A stretch of DNA of 63,777 nucleotides from Puniceicoccales bacterium. GTDB lineage: Bacteria > Verrucomicrobiota > Verrucomicrobiia > Opitutales > JAIRKQ01. The position numbers and the translations under genes are program-made. How positions within the stretch are numbered: position 1 is the stretch's first letter; every line of letters begins with the position of its first letter. The DNA is taken from contig JAISYR010000006.1 in the NCBI GenBank assembly GCA_031269795.1, positions 1-63,777 of the forward strand, written 5' to 3'. Shown here in pieces: positions 47,665 through 55,858 of this stretch. The notes beneath the pieces were generated by a model. That model did not search any database. It was not told the origin of the DNA and saw nothing but the letters and a program-made list of their open reading frames with translations.

Positions 47665-49026
47665 ATGAAATATTTCGGAACAGATGGCATAAGGGGAAGA
47701 TTTGGAACAAATCCAGTCTGTGAAGAATTTTTTCGTAGACTGGCCAGGACGATTGAACGGTTTACGACCAAAAAATATGGCGGAGAATTTTTTTCCATTT
47801 GTGTGGGACGGGATACCCGAAAATCAGGAATTGTACTGCAAAAGGCATTTATCGGAGGATTTTCAAAGGATGTTAAAGTATTTGATTGCGGCATTTTACC
47901 AACCCCGGCTATTTCAAAAATGGCCCAGCATACGAAGTCGAACATTGGCATTGCAATTACCGCATCTCACAATTCAGCGAGTGATAACGGTATAAAATTT
48001 TTCAATGCAAGGGGGGAAAAATTTACGGTTAGGGAAGAAGAAGAATTGGAGCAAATATTGGAAAATATTGCCAACATTGCCCCCCAAATGCCGCAGGTGA
48101 TAGAATTTCATGGTGAAGCAAAACAAAATTATTGTGACCAGTACAAAAATTTTTTGCCAGCTGGAGCACTCTCCAAGACAGTAATCGCTTTGGATTCTGC
48201 CAATGGTGCAACCTATGAAGTGGCAAAGGAAATCTTCGAATATTTCGGAGCCCGAGTAGTCCAGATAGGGAATTATCCCAATGGGGAAAATATCAACGAT
48301 GCTTGTGGCACTGAACATCCTGGAGCCTTGGCAACTCTAATGCAACAAACACAAGCTGCCATTGGGATCGCCCATGATGGTGATGGTGACCGGGTGGTAA
48401 TTTTCGATGAAATGGGAGCGAAAATCAATGGAGACGTCCTCTTGGGTACAGTGGCGGGTCACCTGTTGGCGACCAATGCGTTGCCAAATAGGTCAATGGT
48501 AACCACAATTCAAAGCAATTTAGGCCTCGACAAATATTTACAAGCCATGGGTATAAATGTCCTTCGATGTGATGTTGGTGACAGAAATGTCTATCAAACG
48601 ATGATACGGAACAATTGTTATTTTGGAGGAGAGGATTCCGGGCATTTAATTTTTAGAAAAATTTCTCCCGTCGGGGACGGTATAGCGGCCGCACTGCTTG
48701 TGTTGGACATTGTCACCAGGAATAATATTAGGTTGTCCGAACTAAAAACAAAGATTGCCTTATTTCCTCAAAAATCTTTTAATGTGTCCGTGAATACTAA
48801 GGTACCGCTTTCGGATATTAAAGGTCTAAATGAGGATATCGAGAAGATAGATTCAAAGTTACCATCTCCTCACCGCGTATTAGTTCGATACTCTGGTACC
48901 GAACCAAAGTTGCGGGTGTTGGTTGAAGCACCGAATCAGGAAGTGGTCAATGATGCTTGGAAAGATTTGAAAAGATCCATAATTGACCGCATGATGGATA
49001 ATGGAATTTCGGCTTCAATTTTGTAA
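47665..49026 (+). CDS. glmM: Phosphoglucosamine mutase
   Basis: MKYFGTDGIRG, phosphoserine loop GIAITASHNSASDNGIKFF, metal loop HDGDGDR, GGEDSGH. Confidence 0.9.
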   Translation: MKYFGTDGIRGRFGTNPVCEEFFRRLARTIERFTTKKYGGEFFSICVGRDTRKSGIVLQKAFIGGFSKDVKVFDCGILPTPAISKMAQHTKSNIGIAITASHNSASDNGIKFFNARGEKFTVREEEELEQILENIANIAPQMPQVIEFHGEAKQNYCDQYKNFLPAGALSKTVIALDSANGATYEVAKEIFEYFGARVVQIGNYPNGENINDACGTEHPGALATLMQQTQAAIGIAHDGDGDRVVIFDEMGAKINGDVLLGTVAGHLLATNALPNRSMVTTIQSNLGLDKYLQAMGINVLRCDVGDRNVYQTMIRNNCYFGGEDSGHLIFRKISPVGDGIAAALLVLDIVTRNNIRLSELKTKIALFPQKSFNVSVNTKVPLSDIKGLNEDIEKIDSKLPSPHRVLVRYSGTEPKLRVLVEAPNQEVVNDAWKDLKRSIIDRMMDNGISASIL

Positions 49027-49029
49027 ATC

Positions 49030-49713
49030 ATGCAAGGGGAAGAGACAGAAAGTGATATTCTGGCAAGGGCACAAAAGGCCATTGATGAGGAGGAGGATCT
49101 TATCTATGCTAAATTTCTGTATCGTGAAGCCCTGGCCATCAATCCTCAGGACATTTCAGCAAGAACAGCGATGCACGAATTAAGGGAAAAACTTCCCGTT
49201 TCCACTTCTGTGTTCGATAGGATAGGATTTGTTTTTTTCGCCATAAAATTATTAATTTGTAAGGTAAGGGAAAGTTACGACCAGGTAATCGATGCCGCTG
49301 AAAACTTGCTGGACATTAATCCATCGAGTGAATTTGCCCTTAGAAATATTTTATACGCCGCCTATGGTGCTGGGTATCACAAATTAGTAATATTTGTGTC
49401 ACAAAAAGTGATGAAAATGGGGGCTGAACTGGAAGATTTAATCGTCATAGCACGGTCATATCTCAATGAAAAAATATTTGATCAGGCTGCCAAAATTGCG
49501 AAGGAAGCCGTGGAATTGGACCCCGCCAATGAAGAAGCAAAGGATATTCTTTGGAAATCTTCCGTCGAAAAACATATGAATTCTGATGTTGCATTGGTAA
49601 CTGCCGATGGAAATAAGCGGTTTGTACCTCCAAAAGTAGATGCTGATAAAATTTTTATCGCTTCTCATTCTTCTCACGAGGAGCAAGAAAGGAAAAGTGG
49701 CAGCAGGCGTTAA
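49030..49713 (+). CDS. TPR-like repeat protein with one hydrophobic segment (hypothetical)
   Basis: Helical repeat pattern (YREALAINPQD, KEAVELDPANEEA) and the hydrophobic stretch IGFVFFAIKLLIC. Starts 4 nt after glmM. Confidence 0.5.
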   Translation: MQGEETESDILARAQKAIDEEEDLIYAKFLYREALAINPQDISARTAMHELREKLPVSTSVFDRIGFVFFAIKLLICKVRESYDQVIDAAENLLDINPSSEFALRNILYAAYGAGYHKLVIFVSQKVMKMGAELEDLIVIARSYLNEKIFDQAAKIAKEAVELDPANEEAKDILWKSSVEKHMNSDVALVTADGNKRFVPPKVDADKIFIASHSSHEEQERKSGSRR

Positions 49714-49730
49714 ATGGAAGGAGATGGGAA

Positions 49731-50657
49731 ATGGGAGACTCGAACGATAGAATTGTCATTGGACTATGCACTTTTAATCGCCATGAACCTTTAAAAGAAG
49801 CATTGGATAGCCTATCGCAAATCGATATTCCAGAAAAGGCGGAAGTAGAATTTATCCTGGTCGACAACAACGAAAATGGGGGAGCAAAATATATTTTCGA
49901 CGCCTATGCTCTCGACATGCCATTCAAATGTCATTATTTTGTGGAAAAGAACCGAGGGCTTGCCAATGTTAGGAATCGGGTAATAGAAGAAGCATTAAAA
50001 TTGCGTGCAACGGCCATTGCCATGTTCGACGACGATGAAATCGTAGCACAGGAGTGGCTCGTAGAGCTATATAAGGCGTTCAAAGAGTCAGAATCCGATG
50101 GTGTCGCCGGGACAGTCTATAGGTTACTCCCGATGGATTCATCAAACCTTGCCAAGAAACTTTGGCCTAATTCTAAGGAATCCACGAATATTTCCGTTAA
50201 GCTATTACCCACCAACAATTGCCTATTTTCAATTAATTTGGTAGACTCCAGAGGGGGAAATATACGATTTAATAATGCTTTCAATTTTTCGGGACGAGAA
50301 GATTTAGTATTTTCATTTGATGCCCTATTTCAGGGGGCAAAGTTTACATCTGCTCCCCATGCCATCGTAATCGAAAAATTTTCCAAGGCAAGAAGTACGT
50401 TTAAATATCTGCTAAAGCGATGGTTTGACACTGGGATTACCGACGTAATGGTGGCTAGGCATTACAGCTTTGGGATGGGAAAACGTACATTGAAAGAAAT
50501 TTTAAACATTATGTGGAGATGCCTGACCTTACCTTTCTTACTACTTGGAGGAGCTAGACCTCCTGCCATTGCTATTTTATATGTAACGGCTTCTTTGGGG
50601 TGGCTATGTGGGCTGTTTGGCAAAAAAACGAACTATTATTTCGAGCATATCGACTAG
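49731..50657 (+). CDS. Family 2 glycosyltransferase
   Basis: VIGLCTFNR...LVDNN...DDDE (DxD) arrangement typical of GT2, with a C-terminal hydrophobic tail. Confidence 0.75.
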   Translation: MGDSNDRIVIGLCTFNRHEPLKEALDSLSQIDIPEKAEVEFILVDNNENGGAKYIFDAYALDMPFKCHYFVEKNRGLANVRNRVIEEALKLRATAIAMFDDDEIVAQEWLVELYKAFKESESDGVAGTVYRLLPMDSSNLAKKLWPNSKESTNISVKLLPTNNCLFSINLVDSRGGNIRFNNAFNFSGREDLVFSFDALFQGAKFTSAPHAIVIEKFSKARSTFKYLLKRWFDTGITDVMVARHYSFGMGKRTLKEILNIMWRCLTLPFLLLGGARPPAIAILYVTASLGWLCGLFGKKTNYYFEHID

Positions 50658-50812
50658 TTTAGTCTTTTTATAAAAACTAGTTTAGAGGCCATGATTTGCC
50701 CTGTTTTTTTGATGTAAAAAGACAAAGTAGGCTCATATAATGAAATGTCTCCCAATTTATATTACTTGTACTTGCACAATTGAACATTTTATTTATTTCT
50801 GCTGGTGGCAGT

Positions 50813-50905
50813 GGAGAAATGGCTGAGTGGTCGAAAGCGCCTTCCTGCTAAGAAGGTGATCTCATAAAATGGGGTCCGAGGGTTCGAATCCCTCTTTCTC
50901 CGCCA
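50813..50905 (+). tRNA. tRNA-Ser (anticodon GCU), class II with long variable arm and encoded CCA
   Basis: Acceptor GGAGAAA/TTTCTCC, D-arm GCT-GAGTGGTCGAA-AGC, anticodon stem CCTTC/GAAGG with loop CTGCTAA, 6-bp variable stem GATCTC/GGGGTC, T-arm GAGGG-TTCGAAT-CCCTC, then G-CCA. Confidence 0.92.
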
Positions 50906-51185
50906 CTTCACATATCAAGTTGCACCACACACTTCATTTACTGACAATAAAGGGCCCGGCGGGAAAGGGGGATTTCCTAATTGCTGCCATGTCCTGACAA
51001 ATATCATTCTTCATCGCATTTTCGTGGCTTGTGAATTTGAAATTTGTCAAAAAGCGGCTCGCCACTATATTTGGAAAAGTTTTCGTATGTTAGGATTTCA
51101 GACCAACATCCCATCTGTATTTTTCTTTCCTTTTTTATGAGGAATGAGTACTAAACCTAGGCGGAAGCTAACTAATGGCCTAGGG

Positions 51186-51395
51186 TTAGTTCTCTGCCAA
51201 TGTTTGTAACCAGTCGCAATAGACTTCTGTATTTTCTTCAAACGAAGATAGGGCCTCATCAAATTTCACACAATGATTTTCATTCTGAATGAAAACCTTT
51301 TCATCGATTTCATATTTGAAAACGTTGTAGGTTTCATTTTCAGCCTGGACCCGTAGTTCAATCTCACCATCACCCATAACATCTCTCCATTTCAT
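51186..51395 (-). CDS. Small acidic hypothetical protein (69 aa)
   Basis: Strong SD (GAAGGAGG, 7 nt upstream of the ATG). Lies 70 nt downstream of lpxA on the same strand. No family recognised. Confidence 0.5.
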   Translation of the reverse strand: MKWRDVMGDGEIELRVQAENETYNVFKYEIDEKVFIQNENHCVKFDEALSSFEENTEVYCDWLQTLAEN

Positions 51396-51465
51396 ATATT
51401 AACCTCCTTCGGGGTCTTGAGGTTAGCAAACACCCTAGGAAAGGCAACATATTATTTTACGAGTT

Positions 51466-52239
51466 TCATACAAATCCGCGAGAAGTAGAATCTATAAAAC
51501 TCAAAAACTCATCCAACAAATCGGACATGATGACTTCAGACTTAATTTTTTCAATGGCCTGTGCCTTGTTTAATCCGCTTAGATAGAAGATTTTAAATAT
51601 TTTTTTCACCTGCGAAATCTGTTGGTCAGAAAAATTATTCCTCTGCAAATTCACAACATTCGGATATCTAACCCTCGCAGGACTGCCGTCGGCTAGCATA
51701 TAGGGAAGAACATCCTGTGTGGCTTTCGACGAGGCACCGACCATCGCATATTTACCAATTCTACAAAATTGGTGTATGCCGGTCCCCCACCCAATGTTTG
51801 TGAAGTCATGGAGAACAACATGTCCACCTAAGGCAGCTTGGCTGCCCATTATTACATTATTCCCCACGATGCAATCGTGGGCAACATGGGCATAGGCAAG
51901 GAGCACATTGTTGTTACCTAAAACCGTCTCACTTTCTTCTTTTGTGGCTGTGTGTGCCGTGCAATACTCCCGAAATGTGTTATTGTTGCCTATTTTTAGT
52001 CCGGGGGATCCTCCCGCATACTTCAAGTCCTGGGTTGGAGCCCCAATGTATGCATATGGGTAAATTTTATTATTTTCTCCCATTTGGGTTTTTCCATCCA
52101 CGGTGGCATGGTGACAAACATGTGTTCCTCTGCCCAGTGATACCATTCCCCCCACATAGGCATAGGCATCAATGCCAACATCACTGGCCAATTGTGCCCC
52201 CTTTTCAACTATTGCGGTCGAATGAATAATCGTTGGCAT
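51466..52239 (-). CDS. lpxA: UDP-N-acetylglucosamine acyltransferase
   Basis: MPTIIHSTAIVEKGAQLASDV and hexapeptide (left-handed beta-helix) repeats, plus the helical C-terminal domain typical of LpxA. Directly follows lpxC-fabZ. Confidence 0.9.
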   Translation of the reverse strand: MPTIIHSTAIVEKGAQLASDVGIDAYAYVGGMVSLGRGTHVCHHATVDGKTQMGENNKIYPYAYIGAPTQDLKYAGGSPGLKIGNNNTFREYCTAHTATKEESETVLGNNNVLLAYAHVAHDCIVGNNVIMGSQAALGGHVVLHDFTNIGWGTGIHQFCRIGKYAMVGASSKATQDVLPYMLADGSPARVRYPNVVNLQRNNFSDQQISQVKKIFKIFYLSGLNKAQAIEKIKSEVIMSDLLDEFLSFIDSTSRGFV

Positions 52240-52241
52240 AG

Positions 52242-53573
52242 CTACTCTCTAGCCCCTACGAGCATAAACATTAATTGGGCCGAAGAAACTACTTTGTCCC
52301 CTACCCTACACGTTGCCTCTGCAACGCCTATTTTGCCCCCTTTTTGCTTGAGTAATTTGACATGCACTTCAAGTTGATCTCCCGGAGTCACCGCCTGGCG
52401 GAACTTAACCTTGTCGCAACTCATAAAATAGGCTATTTTATTATTTTCAGGGCCGATATTATTTAGCATTAAAACGCCAGCTGCCTGTGCCATCGCTTCA
52501 AGTTGCAACACACCGGGCATAACTGGTTGCCCAGGAAAATGTCCAACAAAGTATGGTTCATTGATTGTGATATTTTTTATGGCACGAAGTTCATCTTTCC
52601 CTATAATTTCGGTAACCCTGTCAACCATAATGAATGGATACCTGTGTGGCAACAAATTCAAGATCCTGTTAATATCGAACCCGATGTTCGAACTGACAAG
52701 GGGGCCAGCGGGAGATTTGGGAAACAACTTTTGGCCGGATTCGATTAGTTTTCTTTGGGCATATATTTCCTTTGTCAACTCAGCGTTCATTGAGTGTCCG
52801 GGGCGAATGGCAATGATGTGAGCTTTCAATGGACGCCCAATCAGTGAAATATCCCCGATTATGTCCAAGATTTTATGCCTAACAAATTCATCCTTGAATC
52901 TCAATGGTTCCTTCGACAAAATTTGCTCTCCTTTGATCACTATCGCAGAATCTATGGTTCCTCCTCGCACTCGTCCTATTTTTAACAGGTCTTCAATGTC
53001 TTCGTAATGTACAAAAGTCCTCGCTGGAGCAATTTCGGCAATAAACGATTCCGAGTCAACGTCGATGGATAGGTGTTGTGTATATAGTCCATGGTCATCT
53101 ACCAGGGTTGCCGTTATCTTTAAGCCGTCGTAGGGCAATGCCACCAAGGAACGGTTCCCCTTCGTGACGGTTATGGGCTCTCTGAGTTCAAAAACTTTTC
53201 TTTCGGCATCCTGTTCCACCGTCTCCGCCTGCAATATTAAATTTACAAAATACTTCGCGGAACCATCTAGAATGGGAGGCTCGTCTCCGTTCAATTCAAT
53301 GATGGCATTGTCAATTTTCATAGCGTATAGTACGGCAAGAATATGCTCAACGGTGCAAATTGTAACGCCGCCCGATATCAGTGACGTGGAACGGACTAGT
53401 TCCCCTAAATTCGCAACGTTGGGAATAATTTCGGGCTTTCCAACCAAATCAATCCTTCTAAAAACTATGCCGGTGTTCGGTTCGGCAGGCTTTATGGTCA
53501 TCGTTGTGTGCTGACCCGTATGCAATGACGTACCTGAAATCGAAGACTCTCGAAAAATTGTATGCTGTTTCAT
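52242..53573 (-). CDS. lpxC: Bifunctional UDP-3-O-acyl-GlcNAc deacetylase / 3-hydroxyacyl-ACP dehydratase (LpxC-FabZ fusion)
   Basis: N-terminal [20 protein letters not shown]...[11 protein letters not shown] aligns with E. coli LpxC. C-terminal [13 protein letters not shown]...[19 protein letters not shown] is the FabZ hot-dog motif. ATG 53573 preferred over the track start at 53636. Confidence 0.9.
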   Translation of the reverse strand: MKQHTIFRESSISGTSLHTGQHTTMTIKPAEPNTGIVFRRIDLVGKPEIIPNVANLGELVRSTSLISGGVTICTVEHILAVLYAMKIDNAIIELNGDEPPILDGSAKYFVNLILQAETVEQDAERKVFELREPITVTKGNRSLVALPYDGLKITATLVDDHGLYTQHLSIDVDSESFIAEIAPARTFVHYEDIEDLLKIGRVRGGTIDSAIVIKGEQILSKEPLRFKDEFVRHKILDIIGDISLIGRPLKAHIIAIRPGHSMNAELTKEIYAQRKLIESGQKLFPKSPAGPLVSSNIGFDINRILNLLPHRYPFIMVDRVTEIIGKDELRAIKNITINEPYFVGHFPGQPVMPGVLQLEAMAQAAGVLMLNNIGPENNKIAYFMSCDKVKFRQAVTPGDQLEVHVKLLKQKGGKIGVAEATCRVGDKVVSSAQLMFMLVGARE

Positions 53574-53661
53574 CCTACTGGAGATGAAGTTATGAAGATC
53601 AATGCTCGAGTAAAGTATAACTTTGATAAACGCCATTCATTTTTCCCAGGTGCCATAAATT

Positions 53662-53690
53662 AAAAACGCACCGCTAGAGGAGGGTGCGTT
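53662..53690 (-). terminator. Intrinsic terminator after ftsL (end of the mraZ-rsmH-ftsL unit)
   Basis: Minus strand: AACGCACC-CTCCTCTAGC-GGTGCGTT followed by TTTAATTT. 8-bp GC-rich stem, 10-nt loop and a T-tract, 28 nt past the ftsL stop. Confidence 0.6.
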
Positions 53691-53717
53691 CTTACTACTA
53701 CAGTTGTGGTAATTTTA

Positions 53718-54116
53718 TTAATTACGCACAGTTAGACTAGTTTGTTTTGGAAATTTTTCCTGGGAAAACTGGTTTGTGACTTTGTTAACCGAATGGTTTA
53801 AAGCATAGAAATTGACATCCATTTTTGACACTTTTACCGTATTGTGCACATCTGCCATCACAAGACCATTGGCTTCGATGAATTCACGTAGAGACTGGGT
53901 AGAACTAAGTTTTAAAATTTTCGTATCCAGTTCTGTGTTTTTTGTGACGTATAGGGATAAAACCCGTTCATATTCCGATATTTTTCGTCCACATGATATT
54001 ATATTTTGCCTCGCCTTAACCAAAAACAAGGATAGAAAAAATGACATAAAAACACTGCCTATGCACAACAGTGCACAAATTTGAAAAAATCTGTCTGACC
54101 TATTTCTCATATTCAA
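53718..54116 (-). CDS. ftsL: FtsL-like cell-division protein
   Basis: 132 aa: short cytoplasmic N-terminus, one TM (FFQICALLCIGSVFMSFFLSLFLV), then a coiled-coil-like region. Canonical position after rsmH, with an ATGA overlap. Confidence 0.6.
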   Translation of the reverse strand: MNMRNRSDRFFQICALLCIGSVFMSFFLSLFLVKARQNIISCGRKISEYERVLSLYVTKNTELDTKILKLSSTQSLREFIEANGLVMADVHNTVKVSKMDVNFYALNHSVNKVTNQFSQEKFPKQTSLTVRN

Positions 54117-55057
54117 TCTAGTATGCTGCGTGTTTTTTCTAAAATGCGTAATTTGGCAGATCGGCTGCGCGGATTATGACCGACTTCGGTTTCATCGGAA
54201 GTAATCGGCTTTTTCGTTAAAATATTGGCATGGGAAACCCGATCTTGTTGGGATTGGCTATCGAATTTATCGATCGCTTTTCCGGCCTTTTGGTTGAAAA
54301 ACTTTTTAACGATCTTGTCCTCCAGTGAATGAAAACTAATTACGGCTAGTCGCCCCCCCATCGCTAATTTGTCAAACAAAATGGGTAATGCCGCTTCTAG
54401 GGAACCCAGTTCATTGTTTATGAAAATTCTTATCCCTTGAAATGTTTTGGTAGCTGGATGAATTTTTTGTCCCTTTTTCTTGGTAATACAGCCGGAGACA
54501 ATTTTAGCAAAACTATCGGCATATTTCATATCCGGATTTTTTCTATTATCCAAAATAGTAAGGATAATTCTTTTCCAACATTCCTCTTCTCCGTAGTCCC
54601 GAATGGCCGTTATCAATTCCCGTTCACTGGCCTCGTATAGAAAATCCGCTGCTGTAATCCCATGACTGTTATCCATTCGCATGTCCAATGGGGTGTGATA
54701 TTTAAAAGAAAACCCCCTGTTTTCATCATCGAGTTGGAAGGATGAAACTCCCAAATCCATTACGATGCCATCCAATGGAGGCACACGCAGGCAGCCAACC
54801 TCGGAAAAATTAACCTGGTAAAATCTAAAGTTACTGTGGGTCAGCGAAAGCTTTTGGGCTCGTTGTTTAGCACTTGGATCACAGTCTATGGCATAGACAA
54901 AGTTCTTTTCATTGGCCCGCAGCAAGGCTTCACTATGTCCCCCCCCTCCGAACGTACAGTCCAAAAACTGTCCGCCCTTGGATGGATTTAACCATTTTAC
55001 AACATCGTTCAAAAGAACCGAACAATGGGATAATGATAACTGTGCCTCTTCTATCAT
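54113..55057 (-). CDS. rsmH: 16S rRNA (cytosine1402-N4)-methyltransferase
   Basis: HCSVLLNDVV, DCTFGGGGHS, GIVMDLGVSSFQLD, ISFHSLEDKIVK. Confidence 0.93.
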   Translation of the reverse strand: MIEEAQLSLSHCSVLLNDVVKWLNPSKGGQFLDCTFGGGGHSEALLRANEKNFVYAIDCDPSAKQRAQKLSLTHSNFRFYQVNFSEVGCLRVPPLDGIVMDLGVSSFQLDDENRGFSFKYHTPLDMRMDNSHGITAADFLYEASERELITAIRDYGEEECWKRIILTILDNRKNPDMKYADSFAKIVSGCITKKKGQKIHPATKTFQGIRIFINNELGSLEAALPILFDKLAMGGRLAVISFHSLEDKIVKKFFNQKAGKAIDKFDSQSQQDRVSHANILTKKPITSDETEVGHNPRSRSAKLRILEKTRSILD

Positions 55058-55512
55058 AGTCCAAGTTGTGTTAAAATTACGCTGATTTCGTCATCCTCTT
55101 CTTCATCCTTGCTCAAATATTTTTCATACCTTGCCGGATCCCAGATGCTAAAAGTTATAAAATTACCCACCATCAGGATTTCCCTGTTCAATCCGCCGTG
55201 AGCACAGAGCATTTGATTGAGCAAAATCCTCCCCTGGCTATCACAGGTAAGTTGATCCGCCTTTGAGAAAAGTTTCGTGAGGGTTTTTTGGCCCTTTTTA
55301 TCTCCTAGGCTTACGTTGGAAGCCTTTTCTCTCAATTTTTCTACCATTCTGGGAGGATAGACGATTATGCATCCCGATGGATTGGGGATAGCAATGTACA
55401 CTTCATGTTGTTCAGGCCCAAATCTCCACTTCGCCGGCAATAATACCCTACCCTTCTCGTCCGGGCTGCGCCGATGCTCACCTACATAAATATTATTTGA
55501 GTTTTGCAACAT
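55054..55512 (-). CDS. mraZ: Transcriptional regulator MraZ
   Basis: 152 aa with duplicated SpoVT/AbrB-like halves (DEKGRVLLPAKWR ... DSQGRILLNQML). ATGA overlap with rsmH. Confidence 0.9.
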   Translation of the reverse strand: MLQNSNNIYVGEHRRSPDEKGRVLLPAKWRFGPEQHEVYIAIPNPSGCIIVYPPRMVEKLREKASNVSLGDKKGQKTLTKLFSKADQLTCDSQGRILLNQMLCAHGGLNREILMVGNFITFSIWDPARYEKYLSKDEEEDDEISVILTQLGL

Positions 55513-55524
55513 CTTGACCTAAAT

Positions 55525-55566
55525 CACCACTTCTAACCAGTATCTCCCATTTTTCCCCACAGTCAA
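55525..55566 (-). promoter_or_regulatory. Candidate Pmra promoter overlapped by four 10-bp-phased TGGNN repeats (putative MraZ operator)
   Basis: Minus strand: TTGACT-GTGGGGAAAAATGGGA-GATACT, that is -35, a 16-nt spacer and -10. TGGGG, TGGGA, TGGTT and TGGTG begin at 55559, 55549, 55539 and 55529, exactly 10 bp apart, and the last lies 13 nt before the mraZ ATG. Confidence 0.45.
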
Positions 55567-55858
55567 TAAATATCGTGGAAAATTTGGTTAGGTAAAATGC
55601 AAAATATGCCCTGAGTGCTGTTCCAACGAAAGGCAGCAGCGGATAAAATTTTTTATAAAAATTTTCATCCCCCATCCCACTTCCAATGAATATTCATAAA
55701 ATTTCGTTCCAAATTAAGGACATTGGTGCGGCCATTATGCTTGAAATCGGGCCCATGGATTTGGCCATGGTTTCCTCCAAAAAATTTCTCCACGGAGCAT
55801 TTTGATATCACTTTACTTTGGGGAGAGAACTTGCAGGATTTACACAGCATAGGATTCT

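Noticed and set aside
47445-47951. 168-aa minus-strand ORF
   Set aside because: It overlaps the glmM 5' end and the zinc-ribbon ORF in antisense. glmM is unambiguous.
50653-50685. 10-bp direct repeat ACTAGTTTAG twice (period 23) at the end of the GT2 gene
   Set aside because: It is short enough to arise by chance once or twice in a 64-kb AT-rich window. The intervening AT palindrome forms only a weak A/T-only hairpin, with no supporting context.
55590-55645. Possible SRP (4.5S) RNA upstream of dnaX (GTGCTGTTCCAACGAAAGGCAGCAGC)
   Set aside because: The resemblance is only superficial (GCTGTT…GNRA-like GAAA…GCAGC). The helix-8 pairing and the conserved GGAAGCAGC / CAGG loops cannot be formed, and there is no closing 5'/3' stem.
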